Notes under the pieces: generated by a model
The model's database searches: none
Told to the model about the DNA's origin: nothing
What the model saw: only the letters and a program-made list of their open reading frames with translations
Position numbers and translations under genes: made by a program
In this document: piece after piece, positions 34,850-44,786 of the stretch
Layout: the number at the start of each line of letters is the position of its first letter
Numbering within the stretch: position 1 is the first letter of the stretch
Assembly: GCF_001194135.2 (NCBI RefSeq)
Contig: NC_068987.1
Location: forward strand, 42,000,571-42,045,356
Direction of reading: 5' to 3'
Source: Octopus bimaculoides
Lineage: Eukaryota
Length of the DNA: 44,786 nt

Positions 34850-37275
34850 TGTTATGATGATGACGGGGTGTGCACAAGGATGTAGGAATAGTTTTACCCA
34901 AATAAATATTTGGATATGATTATCTAGAATAACCTTTCTCAGAATTAATAAGTTCACACAGAACATACACCGTACTATGCCAAACATAGGTACGACATTA
35001 AACTAAACACAGCAATCCAATATGGATGATCAACGCTGTCAACTGCTGACAGTTCACAGAGTTTCTTTATTTTATTGAAATGGGCCAGTCCACTTTTGGT
35101 CATGTGGGGAATGGTCAGGATACTTCCACAACATCTCCCCTTTTTGAGAATTAGCCTTCCATAACTTCTCTCCTTTTTGAGAATTAAACTCTGTCCGGAG
35201 TTTTCATATCTCTTACGCTTAAGGTTATATTCTAGTATTTCTGTTCTTTTCCTTGTTCTGTTACTTGAATATGTAGTTTCAATTTGTTTGGGTGTTGGTA
35301 CCTCAAATGTGTTGTGCAATACTTCCATGAGAATTTCATCTCTCGTGACAGTTTCTTTCGTACATCCTTTTTGAAGTTGGTCTATATGCCTTTTATGTTC
35401 AACATTTTCTTCCTTTTACCAGGAATAACGTTTTTCCAATTTGTTTAATTACACCATCCTCCTAGCTTTCTTTACCATATCTATACGATTTAACAAAAAC
35501 TTTGTCACCTAACTTGGAGAATTTTAAAGTATTTTTGATGTTTGTCCTTTTTTCTATTTTTACTTGTAATCAACTTATCAAAGATGGATCTGATCTTTCT
35601 AGAGAACATTAATTCCACAGGTGACATTCCTGACAGGGTATTCGGATTAGATGTTACTTAGTACACTCTTAGAAATTATTGATGTGCTAGGTGATCCATT
35701 ACTTCATTTTTTGCCTTTTTAAAATTCTCTTAAACGTATTAACAAAACGCTCTGCTTGTCCATTTGATCTAGGATGATACAGCGGAGTTGTTACATGTTT
35801 GATAAATAATATTTTACAAAATTTTCTGAACTCATCTTAAGTAAAGCGAGTTCTATTACCAGACACAATGATATCACTAATACCATATTTGGTGAACAAT
35901 TCCTGTAAAAAACTTACTGTAAACACTTTGAAAAACTGTCCACCATAACAAGGTAATATGAACCCTTAAGTGGACCTGCATAATCAACATGCAGTCAGGA
36001 CCATGGAATATTTGTTTTTGGATATGGTTGGTAGCTGCTTTTGCAACTAGGGCACAACAACCTCTGCATGCTTTCACTAGTTCTTTAATGTCACGGTCCA
36101 TTCTTGGCCAATAGACATAACTTCTCACTAACAATTTCATTCTCAACATCCCTGGGTGACCAATGTGAAATTTCATTAGTAATCACTTCTGTAGTGTGGT
36201 TGGCACTAAGACTTTGTGCTTACATCAACACATTGTCGTAATTCAGGCACAAAGAAGTTGTTTATCATTTCAATGTTATGCTTGGAATTCACAGTAACTG
36301 CATTTCTGTTATTGTCTTCAAAAAAATTAAGGACCAATGATGGCAGCTTTTCCAACAGCACACCAGACTGTCACTTTTGGGCTGTACAATGGTCTTTCGT
36401 GCAGTTCTCTCAAATTTTCAAGAGCCCAATAACAACAGTTCTGTTGATTCACCATGCCTTTGAGATGAAAATGAGCTTCATCACTCATTAACAAAATGAG
36501 GTTGTCATTTGCCTCAAAAATTGCTTCCATCTGACATGTGAAGTTAAGCTGCTGTGCATAGTCCCATGGTTTCAACTGCTGTCCAATTTCTTACTTTTAA
36601 TCATCCCAATTGTATGATTGAGCACCTTCTTTTTTCAATTTGTTCCATATCATGCTTTAGGTTTATTTATTCTCTGACATACCTCAGATATTTCTTGTAG
36701 TGTTAGCTTCTGATTCTGTTCTAATTTATTCAGAATTTGGTTGTGAATTTCTGTGTCTTTCTTTGCCGTTAAACCTTGCATGAAAATTAAACATATCAGG
36801 TATTTAGTTCATTAATTTTTAATTTCTCGCATTCCCTATTAATTCCAGCATATGTAATAAAATCTTTGTCCTTTTTTTTTTTTAAATATTCATGCATTGG
36901 CAACACATATTAAATAAAGAGCTGTTCTCGCTGGAAATCTTTGAAAGGGTATCAACAGTTTCTTTAAAACAGACTTCCCCTGGTCTCTTTGGTAATATAT
37001 AATTTGCAGTATTTTTCATGCTCAGCTGGGGCCAACTTCACAATGGTTGGGGTTTTTTTTCACCTTGCCAGTCTGAGCACTCTTCTTTAAAAACCTCTTC
37101 ATACTTGCTGTAGAATGCAGGAAAGGCAATACCCTCATCCAGGTTATATGTGAATTCACTGATGGAGTTTGCAACTGTATCAGAGGTAAATGAGGTCAAT
37201 GTATTTTCTGTTTGTTGAGTAGCAGCTGTATTAGCTGTTCTTGCTGCCAATTACTGAAGCTAGAAATTCTTCCAT
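34850..37275 (-). mobile_element. Decayed Gypsy (K02A2.6-like) LTR retrotransposon with 3' LTR only
   Basis: Gag-like SISEFTYNLDEGIAFPAFYSKYEEVF and integrase H2C2 HIGHPGMLRMKLLVRSYVYWP. PPT aaaaaggggaga followed by TGTTG (LTR start at 35133). No RT region seen. Confidence 0.85.
36217..36585 (-). mobile_element. Inverted internal fragment of the Tc1/mariner transposase (copy of about 22154-22506) inside the Gypsy
   Basis: Encodes MKPWDYAQQLNF...SDEAHFHLKGMVNQQNC..., about 90% identical by eye to the 22-kb copy. No TIRs. Confidence 0.92.
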
Positions 37276-37355
37276 GTTCCAAACAGTCAGTCTCTTTAGC
37301 GGAACTGCTAAGTTATGGGGACATAAACACCAACACTGGTTGTCAAGTGGCGATG

Positions 37356-37405
<50 letters not shown>

Positions 37406-37475
37406 AATATATATATATATAAATAATGTGGGTGGCTTATTAGCAATTTAACAACCTAAAGGCAAATTTATAGAC

Positions 37476-37846
37476 ATCACTAAAGTGACAGAGAGTACAA
37501 AGTGGTACCAGCATTGCTAGAAATAATAGACAAAATGACTCATTAGCCACAAGAGCACTATCTTAATAAACTGACAAGGGAGACACATTATTTATAGTTC
37601 TCACTTCTACTGTTTTTGAAATCAACAGATTTTCTTGAGTTGAGCTTAATCTTAGGCGCAGTAAGAGCCACTGATTAAGATGCTATCTATCAAAATTCTA
37701 AATCATGTAATTTGGTTATACCTGTGACCATAGGGAGCTTTGTTTCCCTTGTCAGCTTATTAAGATAGTGCTCCTGTAGCTAATGAGTCATTTTGACTTA
37801 TTCTTTAACAATGCTGGTACCACTTTGTACCCTATGTCACTTTCGT

Positions 37847-37849
<3 letters not shown>
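37476..37849. repeat. Foldback element with inverted arms of about 110 bp
   Basis: 37476-37584 is the reverse complement of 37741-37849 (about 85% identity by eye). Confidence 0.85.

Positions 37850-37926
<77 letters not shown>
37849..37926. repeat. Compound (CT)n(AT)n microsatellite
   Basis: Seen directly. Confidence 0.95.
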
Positions 37927-37929
<3 letters not shown>

Positions 37930-38059
37930 TCATCATCATCGTTTCACGTCCGCTTTCCATGCTAGCATTTGTTGGACGATTTGACTGAGGACTGGTGAAA
38001 CCGGATGGCAACACCAAGCTCCAATCTGATTTGGCAGTTTCTACAGCTGGATGCCCTTC
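37926..38059 (-). mobile_element. RTE 3' tail running into the gap
   Basis: Reverse complement of 18795-18928, including the (gat)n tail. Confidence 0.88.
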
Positions 38060-39525
38060 NNNNNNNNNNNNNNNNNNNNNNNNNNNNNNNNNNNNNNNNN
38101 NNNNNNNNNNNNNNNNNNNNNNNNNNNNNNNNNNNNNNNNNNNNNNNNNNNNNNNNNNNNNNNNNNNNNNNNNNNNNNNNNNNNNNNNNNNNNNNNNNNN
38201 NNNNNNNNNNNNNNNNNNNNNNNNNNNNNNNNNNNNNNNNNNNNNNNNNNNNNNNNNNNNNNNNNNNNNNNNNNNNNNNNNNNNNNNNNNNNNNNNNNNN
38301 NNNNNNNNNNNNNNNNNNNNNNNNNNNNNNNNNNNNNNNNNNNNNNNNNNNNNNNNNNNNNNNNNNNNNNNNNNNNNNNNNNNNNNNNNNNNNNNNNNNN
38401 NNNNNNNNNNNNNNNNNNNNNNNNNNNNNNNNNNNNNNNNNNNNNNNNNNNNNNNNNNNNNNNNNNNNNNNNNNNNNNNNNNNNNNNNNNNNNNNNNNNN
38501 NNNNNNNNNNNNNNNNNNNNNNNNNNNNNNNNNNNNNNNNNNNNNNNNNNNNNNNNNNNNNNNNNNNNNNNNNNNNNNNNNNNNNNNNNNNNNNNNNNNN
38601 NNNNNNNNNNNNNNNNNNNNNNNNNNNNNNNNNNNNNNNNNNNNNNNNNNNNNNNNNNNNNNNNNNNNNNNNNNNNNNNNNNNNNNNNNNNNNNNNNNNN
38701 NNNNNNNNNNNNNNNNNNNNNNNNNNNNNNNNNNNNNNNNNNNNNNNNNNNNNNNNNNNNNNNNNNNNNNNNNNNNNNNNNNNNNNNNNNNNNNNNNNNN
38801 NNNNNNNNNNNNNNNNNNNNNNNNNNNNNNNNNNNNNNNNCTAGAATATTTTAGACTAAAAACATTTATTTAAAAGAAGTCGAGTGAAAATATTGAATAA
38901 AGAATAGGAATAGAAATAAAAATATGAATGAAAATATTATTATGAATGAAAGATTAAACTTTATATAACTTAAGTCATAATAAAGAAACAATTAACAATA
39001 TTGGATAATCAAAGAAACTAAAATAAAAAGACTAGTTATTTATTGCATAAAATAGAAAGAAATATTAAACAGTATTAATTGAAAATATTTCAACCCTAAT
39101 CAAATCGAAGTCTTAGTTTAGGCTAAAATGATACTCTTACTTCTAAATAATTTAGTGTTAAATAAGGCATCAATTAAAATTATCATTAAAAATCAATTGA
39201 ATAATATAAAAATACATATTTTTTTCAAACAATGATATAAAGTCGTTTAACAAAGTAAAAACTACACTTATCAATATGCTGCTGTAGTTCAAACTAAAAC
39301 TTAGACGTTAAACTCAGAGGTCGCGCGAAAATACTACTTTAAGATAGAGAATAGGATATAAAAACATGTAATCGTTTTACTATCTTTATCTTATGATATT
39401 TACTTTGTATTATATTATACTTATTTATTGTGCTTTTACTTATTAATTTTTCTATATGTGACTGGATTTTCATCAATGAGTTCATGAACCTTGGTTCTTT
39501 TCCTTAAAACTATATATATATGCAT

Positions 39526-39690
39526 GACAGGCTTCTTACAGTTTCCGTCTAACCAAATCCACTCACGGCTTTGGTCAGCCAGAAGCTATAGTAGAAGACA
39601 CTTGCCCAAGATGCCATGCAGTGGGACTGAACCCAGAACCATGTGGTTAGGGAAGCAAGCTTCTTACCACACACCCATGTCTGCGCCCAT
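39526..39690 (-). mobile_element. tRNA-derived SINE head
   Basis: Reverse A/B-box-like motifs (gggttcagtccc, gtgtgtggtaagaagc), flanked by TA repeats. Confidence 0.75.
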
Positions 39691-40539
39691 ATATATATAT
39701 GTCCAATCTATTTTCAAATGTTTTTCTATAATGAATGGAAACTAAATAGAGAAAATAAATATTTCTTAAACTTACTCTTTCTTTCCAATTTCTACTTTAG
39801 CAGCATTTAGATCTCGCCTAAACAAGAGAAAAATTAGAAATCTATTTAAAAAAAAAATTACGGTAATTATTCTTAAATTCCAAATTTCATTTAAATTGTT
39901 GAAGGATTTGAAAAAAATGCTTGAACATCACAATTTAAATACTCTTGTTTATGAATCTAACACCTTTCTACCAATGCAACAAAACAAGTTATTTTATGCG
40001 AGTCTGGCAAATTCAGAAAAATTCCTTTGGAATATTCTATCATTGAAATTAGACATTTCCCTAATTGCAACAATATTTATGTATTTTCGAAAGAGATTTA
40101 AAAGGAAATGGCTACACCCAGAAACCAAAAGCTTAGATTGAACACTATTATGTTAATCACTGATATTATTAATAATAATATGAAGAGCAGCAGCAGCAAA
40201 TACCAACAAATATGAATGATGAATAATGGAGCTTTTCTTAATGGTTTATATTGTACAGTAACTGCCAGAAGCAACAACAAAACACTTCATTAAATATAAT
40301 AATCAAAAGAAATTCATCAAGCTCTGACAACTTACATCATACTTGCATTAAGCCGGGAAAGTTCAGCTCTATAAAAAATAAAATGATAAAACAGTAGGTA
40401 AAAAACATGTAGAACTGTGAAATTTGTTAAATTAAACTAGGTAATGGATACAGCAAAACAATATAGTTCTATTCATCTAACTTAGCTGGAAAATAGCTTC
40501 AGCTACTTTCTAAAGTATATGTTATTTGGTGGTGGTAGA

Positions 40540-40857
40540 TCTCTGTTGTTAGACAATAAGGATCCAGTTGTTTGATCAAATTAATCACCTGCTCCTGAGT
40601 TAAAGTGTAAATGGCTGACGATTGCACAGATACATGCACTCTTAACCTAGTTCTTAAGCAAAATCAGCAGGAGTGTACCTTTTGAATTACACCTGGCCAA
40701 TGGGAGTCTACATAGTTTCTGTTTACCCAATTTCACTCACAAAGTATGGGTTGACCTGCAGCCAAAGAAAATGACATTTGCCTAACATGTCAATGAGCAG
40801 GATTAAACCCAAGACCTTGTGGCTACAAAGTGAACTTCTTAACCATTCAGCCATACC
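40540..40857 (-). mobile_element. SINE, old copy of the 5320-5636 family
   Basis: Reverse-complement similarity along its length. Confidence 0.6.
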
Positions 40858-41571
40858 ACATCTACATGTCATATAGCCTCTCATTTACCAAATATTTGAA
40901 AGCTGAGGCCAACTAACAAAACATCCACCAAAATCAACAAAATTCACCCACTCTTACAATGAGTCAAGTGATATTATTTAAAGTGAAGTATGTCAGCTGA
41001 ATTTATATCAGTTTGGAGTCTTTTCATGTCAAACCATCTATATTTTAAGTTTTTATTTCTTTGCTATTATTTTTGATCAGCTGGACATTAAACGATGATG
41101 ATGATATTTCCATGAGGGCAAATCAGATTTTGTTTAGTAATGAGTTTGTTTGATGGGTAGGGTAGTACTCATCATTGCTGTAAGCCCATGTTGAATAGAA
41201 ATGAGAGTCTGGTCAGAATACATATAACAGGGTGAACTCCATCATGTAGTAGGGGTATTTGTTAAAAATGCCAGTTTAGAGCAGAATTACTTATCAGCCT
41301 ATTAAATAAATGAGAGTGCTACTGTGGCACCATGTTTAAGGCAGCAATATTAAAATTCTTTTTGATCCAGTCTACCTAACTGTAAATAGGAACTACAGGA
41401 AATAATTAGCTTCCAATGTTTCACTCAAATCTTCTCTGCTGTCTAGTAAGAAACCATCAAACATTTAGCATCTTGGAAACTTTGAAAACTAAAATGCCAG
41501 CACTTTGTAATACTTCAAAGTAACTCAGATTTGTTACATGTGAATTTCCCCCATGGATCATTTCCACTTAC

Positions 41572-41634
41572 TTCTTCTTCATATTTTCTTCATTAAGAAC
41601 CATCATTTGCTTCTTCAAATCTTCACGCTCTTGT
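41572..41634 (-). CDS. TPR: TPR coding exon 2 (phase 2 to 2)
   Basis: gactttag|ACAAGAG...AAGAA|gtaagt. Encodes QEREDLKKQMMVLNEENMKK, coiled-coil-like and in phase with both neighbours. Confidence 0.88.
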
Positions 41635-42069
41635 CTAAAGTCAAAAACAGAAAGATTTATTTGCATTTACATTTCATTTTCATTTACATATGTTACAGCC
41701 AATCCCTTGTCTTATTCTACATATCAATTGATTGCCAAAAAACAACACTCATACTATTTTCTTTTCATTCATTCAAGAAAATGTGATTTTTCTTTGTTTT
41801 TTATACAGACAGGCTTTATAATTTACAAGAAACAGTTAACAAATTGTGAATACACCTCAGTTATACTGAAGTAAGACATGACTTTATGATTTAACACTAG
41901 TTTGATTGTTAGGTGATAAAAAAAAGGATTAGAGCCAACAAGAAAGTGGGTGAAAAGAAGACAATGAATAAGTTGAGAAACAGAGAGAGAGAGAGGGACA
42001 GAAAGAGCGAAATACAAAGAAATCTGTGTTGGTTCAATATAATATTTACATATTTACACTAATACTTAC

Positions 42070-42254
42070 ACAATCTTGCGGTGTTCTTCAGGATCAGACT
42101 TGTTACATTGCTCAATAAGTCGATTTGTTCGAGCTTTCCATCTCTCAACTTCTCCACTTAGGTTATTTTTCTCAGTTGCCAAGTTTTCTTTCTGGTAAGT
42201 TAATTCTCGCAAATTTAACAGCAATGGATCAATATCTTCTTCTAATTTCTTAAC
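42070..42254 (-). CDS. TPR: Nucleoprotein TPR, internal coding exon 1 in window (phase 0 to 2)
   Basis: aaatcag|GTTAAG...ATTGT|gtaagt. Encodes VKKLEEDIDPLLLNLRELTYQKENLATEKNNLSGEVERWKARTNRLIEQCNKSDPEEHRKI, resembling human TPR VRKLELDILPL...VKRWKARNQHLVSQ...EEYRKLL (recalled). Confidence 0.93.
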
Positions 42255-43999
42255 CTGATTTCAAGATATACATCATGAGATATATATATGTATGCATGTA
42301 CATAGCACACATCAAAACTAACAGCACTCTATACACTAGAATATGCAGAGGTAAAAATATTACTGACTCAGAAATAAATGAAAATTACTCAACAAAAGAG
42401 CAAAACTACTTGTTTCAAATCACAAAAGTACAGAAAATATTTTGCATCTTAATTATGCTATGAGACCTGTGCATGCCACACACCTTGATATGGGTAGACA
42501 GAAACTGAAAGAAGACTGTGCATGTGCATGTGTTATCGCCCAATTAAAATCCATATTCCATGCTGGTACAAGCAAAACAGTTTGACAGCATATATGATGG
42601 CTCCATGGGATGCATCAGGCTCCAATGTCTGCTTTCGTATAACTTCTATGACTAGATGCTTTTCCTAACGCCAGGTGCTTTACAGAATGTACTGGGTGCG
42701 TTTTTATGGCACCAGCAGTAGTGAGGTTGTCATACATCTTGTAAAACTAAAATTTCCATGACAGGGTGGGGCTAGAGTAGGGAGGAAGGCATCTTTATGT
42801 TGGGAGATGAAAGGTTAAAGTATGTGAAAAGGATCCAGAACAGGTTGTAAAGGGGCTACTTGGCTACTCACAGACAGTATGAGATTGACTGGAGGTGTGA
42901 AGATGGACTTGTAAGGTAAAAGGTGATTAGAAGGGAACGGAGATGAGAGATCAGAGTATGGGTGGGTAGAAGGTTTAAATGAGAGATATTTAGAGCTGGG
43001 GAATGGCTTATGGAGAGACTATACTGATAAACAGGTGTTGAGGGATGATGTGTGCATGTGCATAGGTGTCATTTAGGTTTTCGTTTCACCAAAAAGCACT
43101 CAACCAGAAGTGGTGATAATGATGTTATTTTCTGTCAACAGGTTACACTGGCTTTCCAACTTCAAAGAAATGTAGCTAACCCTTATTTGAAAAACAGATA
43201 AGGGTTACAGACAGAAAGTGAATATATATATATATATAAAATTTACATATTTTTCTCTAATCAAGGATCTTGCAGTAACAGTTGGATTATGCTTCACTGA
43301 TGAGGTCAAATAATATATTGAGAATTGTCACTGTTTTGTTAAAGATGAAACCCTCTGCAGCACAACATCCACCATCATTGATATAACATCCACTTTTTCA
43401 TACTTGCAAAGGTGAGACCTAATTTGTTGGGGCATAGTTTGTATGGCTGGATACTCCTCTTGCTACCTACTCTCACCTGTTTCCAAGGAAGGTAATGTTT
43501 CACTATGGCCAGACAAATTTTCAAGGAAGACTGGAAATGAATGACATCAGAGTATGATGGTGGCATTCACATTTATAAGTATCATGTGATGTCAACACCA
43601 GGAGAGATACTCAGACATACATATATACAGAGGATTATGTAGACAGAAATTGTAAGACGCCTGCTGTCTGTGTGAGAAGAGTACCAAACCATATGAAATA
43701 TGCTTCAATGACTTATATGTAATCCATGCAAGAATAGAAAAGTGGATGCTAAAAAATTGATAATGACATATGTATATGGTAGACACTCCTATCGTAAACA
43801 ATAAGTGATCTGCAACTTCTTACTGAACAACATGCACAGATGATTTGCTAATAGCAATTAAATGTTAGTGCTGTACATTAGCACACTCCAACTCAACAAA
43901 GTGTTGGCAACTGCATGGTGTAGTACACATCAAGTATAAAAGTGATTGCAGAGCAATTTCGGAATATTAAGCTTGGCCTTCTGGGTAGAAGTAGAGGTC

Positions 44000-44466
44000 C
44001 ACAGGTTCGTGTGTCACATAGCTAGCTAGAGGCGATGGCTTCTTGGAGCTAATCAACGACAGCATTCATCCTATTTTTTGGACTGCTATGTTGGCTTGGC
44101 GATAACTATTAATATCCAGTACTGCTGCCGTAGTCTCCTTTAGAGAGACTTAGAAATATTAATATCTCTATTTATGAAAACCAGTGGATGTATTCCACTG
44201 AAATTAGATAAATAATCCTTCATACAGACGGTCAGTAGCGACGCCTGCTGGGTTCGGCATTGATAAGGGACAATACCCCAAAACTAGTCTGTAGATGCCA
44301 GACCAGCAAGGTGAAGCGGCTGACCTCCCCTGTTCGAAGGTTATAAAGGACACAGGTTCGTGTGTCGCATAGCTAGCTAGAGGCGATGGCTTCTTGGAGC
44401 TAATCAACGGCAGCATTCATCCTATTTTTTGGACTGCCATGTTGGCTTGGCGATAACTATTAATAT
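44000..44466 (+). mobile_element. Partial tandem repeat (351-nt period) carrying a hammerhead motif; Penelope-like/retrozyme-related
   Basis: 44000-44115 is repeated at 44351-44466. Hammerhead fold at 44254-44295. Confidence 0.7.
44254..44295 (+). ncRNA. Minimal type-I hammerhead, U3-A8 variant, G12 mutated
   Basis: tcggca TTGATAA ggg-acaatac-ccc AAAA ctag TC tgtaga. All three helices are present. Confidence 0.6.
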
Positions 44467-44487
44467 ATATACATACATATATATATA

Positions 44488-44786
44488 ATCATCATCGTTT
44501 AACGTCCGCTTTCCATGCTAGGATGGGTTGGACGATTTGACTGAGGACTGGTGAAACCAGATGGCTACACCAGGCTCCAATCCGATTTGGCAGAGTTTCT
44601 ACAGCTGGATGCCCTTCCTAACGCCAACCACTCAGAGTGTGTAGTGGGTGCTTTTACGTGTCACCCGCACGAAGGCCAGTCAGGCGGTACTGGCAACGGC
44701 CACGCTCAAGATGGTGTATTTTATGTGCCAACAGCACAAGAGCCAGTCCAGGGGCACTGGCAACGATCTCGCTCGAAAATCCTACG
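44488..44786 (-). mobile_element. RTE 3' UTR/tail, young copy truncated by the window edge
   Basis: Reverse complement of about 18640-18928 with more CpGs retained. Confidence 0.9.

Noticed and set aside
37995-38873. Long ORFs of 267-292 aa, and the X-filled tail of ORF 12288-13331
   Set aside because: Artefacts of translating N gaps.
39240-39258. aagtcgtttaacaaagta resembling the SSU rRNA 3' motif (possible NUMT)
   Set aside because: It has a 2-nt insertion, there are no neighbouring rRNA motifs, and no mitochondrial-code ORF is evident.
38841-39500. Contaminant contig mis-joined at the gap
   Set aside because: The sequence runs without a break into a host-type SINE and on to TPR exons, so simple contamination is unlikely. 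It is kept only as a low-level finding.
41121-41177. Minus-strand ATGATGA...CTGA pair, sense to TPR (snoRNA-like)
   Set aside because: Short, with a weak terminal stem and no plausible guide, and it is adjacent to repeat remnants.
43290-43330. ctgatgaggtcaa...ttgagaattgtc, hammerhead-like
   Set aside because: No intact GAAA and helix I cannot form.
1-44786. CRISPR arrays, rRNA, true tRNA genes or prokaryotic operons
   Set aside because: None seen. The tRNA-like boxes all belong to SINE heads, and the periodic repeats are microsatellites or TE-internal.

Overview
AT-rich animal genomic DNA with three N gaps (6628-6705, 12394-13324, 38060-38840). The SINE, RTE and MITE families look like those I recall from Octopus genomes; this is inference and was not database-checked. 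One host gene crosses the window on the minus strand: nucleoprotein TPR. I traced 12 consecutive internal coding exons by hand (42254 down to 10708, 1845 nt, 615 codons); all are GT-AG and phase-consistent. The introns are full of decayed transposons: piggyBac (three copies plus a MITE), hAT/Charlie, Tc1/mariner, Gypsy, RTE and CR1 LINEs, SINEs and a Helitron end. The most interesting unexplained signal is a set of minimal type-I hammerhead ribozyme folds. Three sit in a related repeat family (a foldback at 21.6-22.0 kb and a 351-nt-period partial tandem at 44.0-44.5 kb), and a fourth is separate at 23.5 kb. One carries a compensatory U3-A8 core. This points to a Penelope-like or retrozyme-type family. 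A second theme is terminus-less copies of nearby elements inserted inside other elements, creating inverted repeats within the TPR pre-mRNA. All alignments were made by eye, and repeat boundaries are approximate unless a TSD or TIR is quoted.
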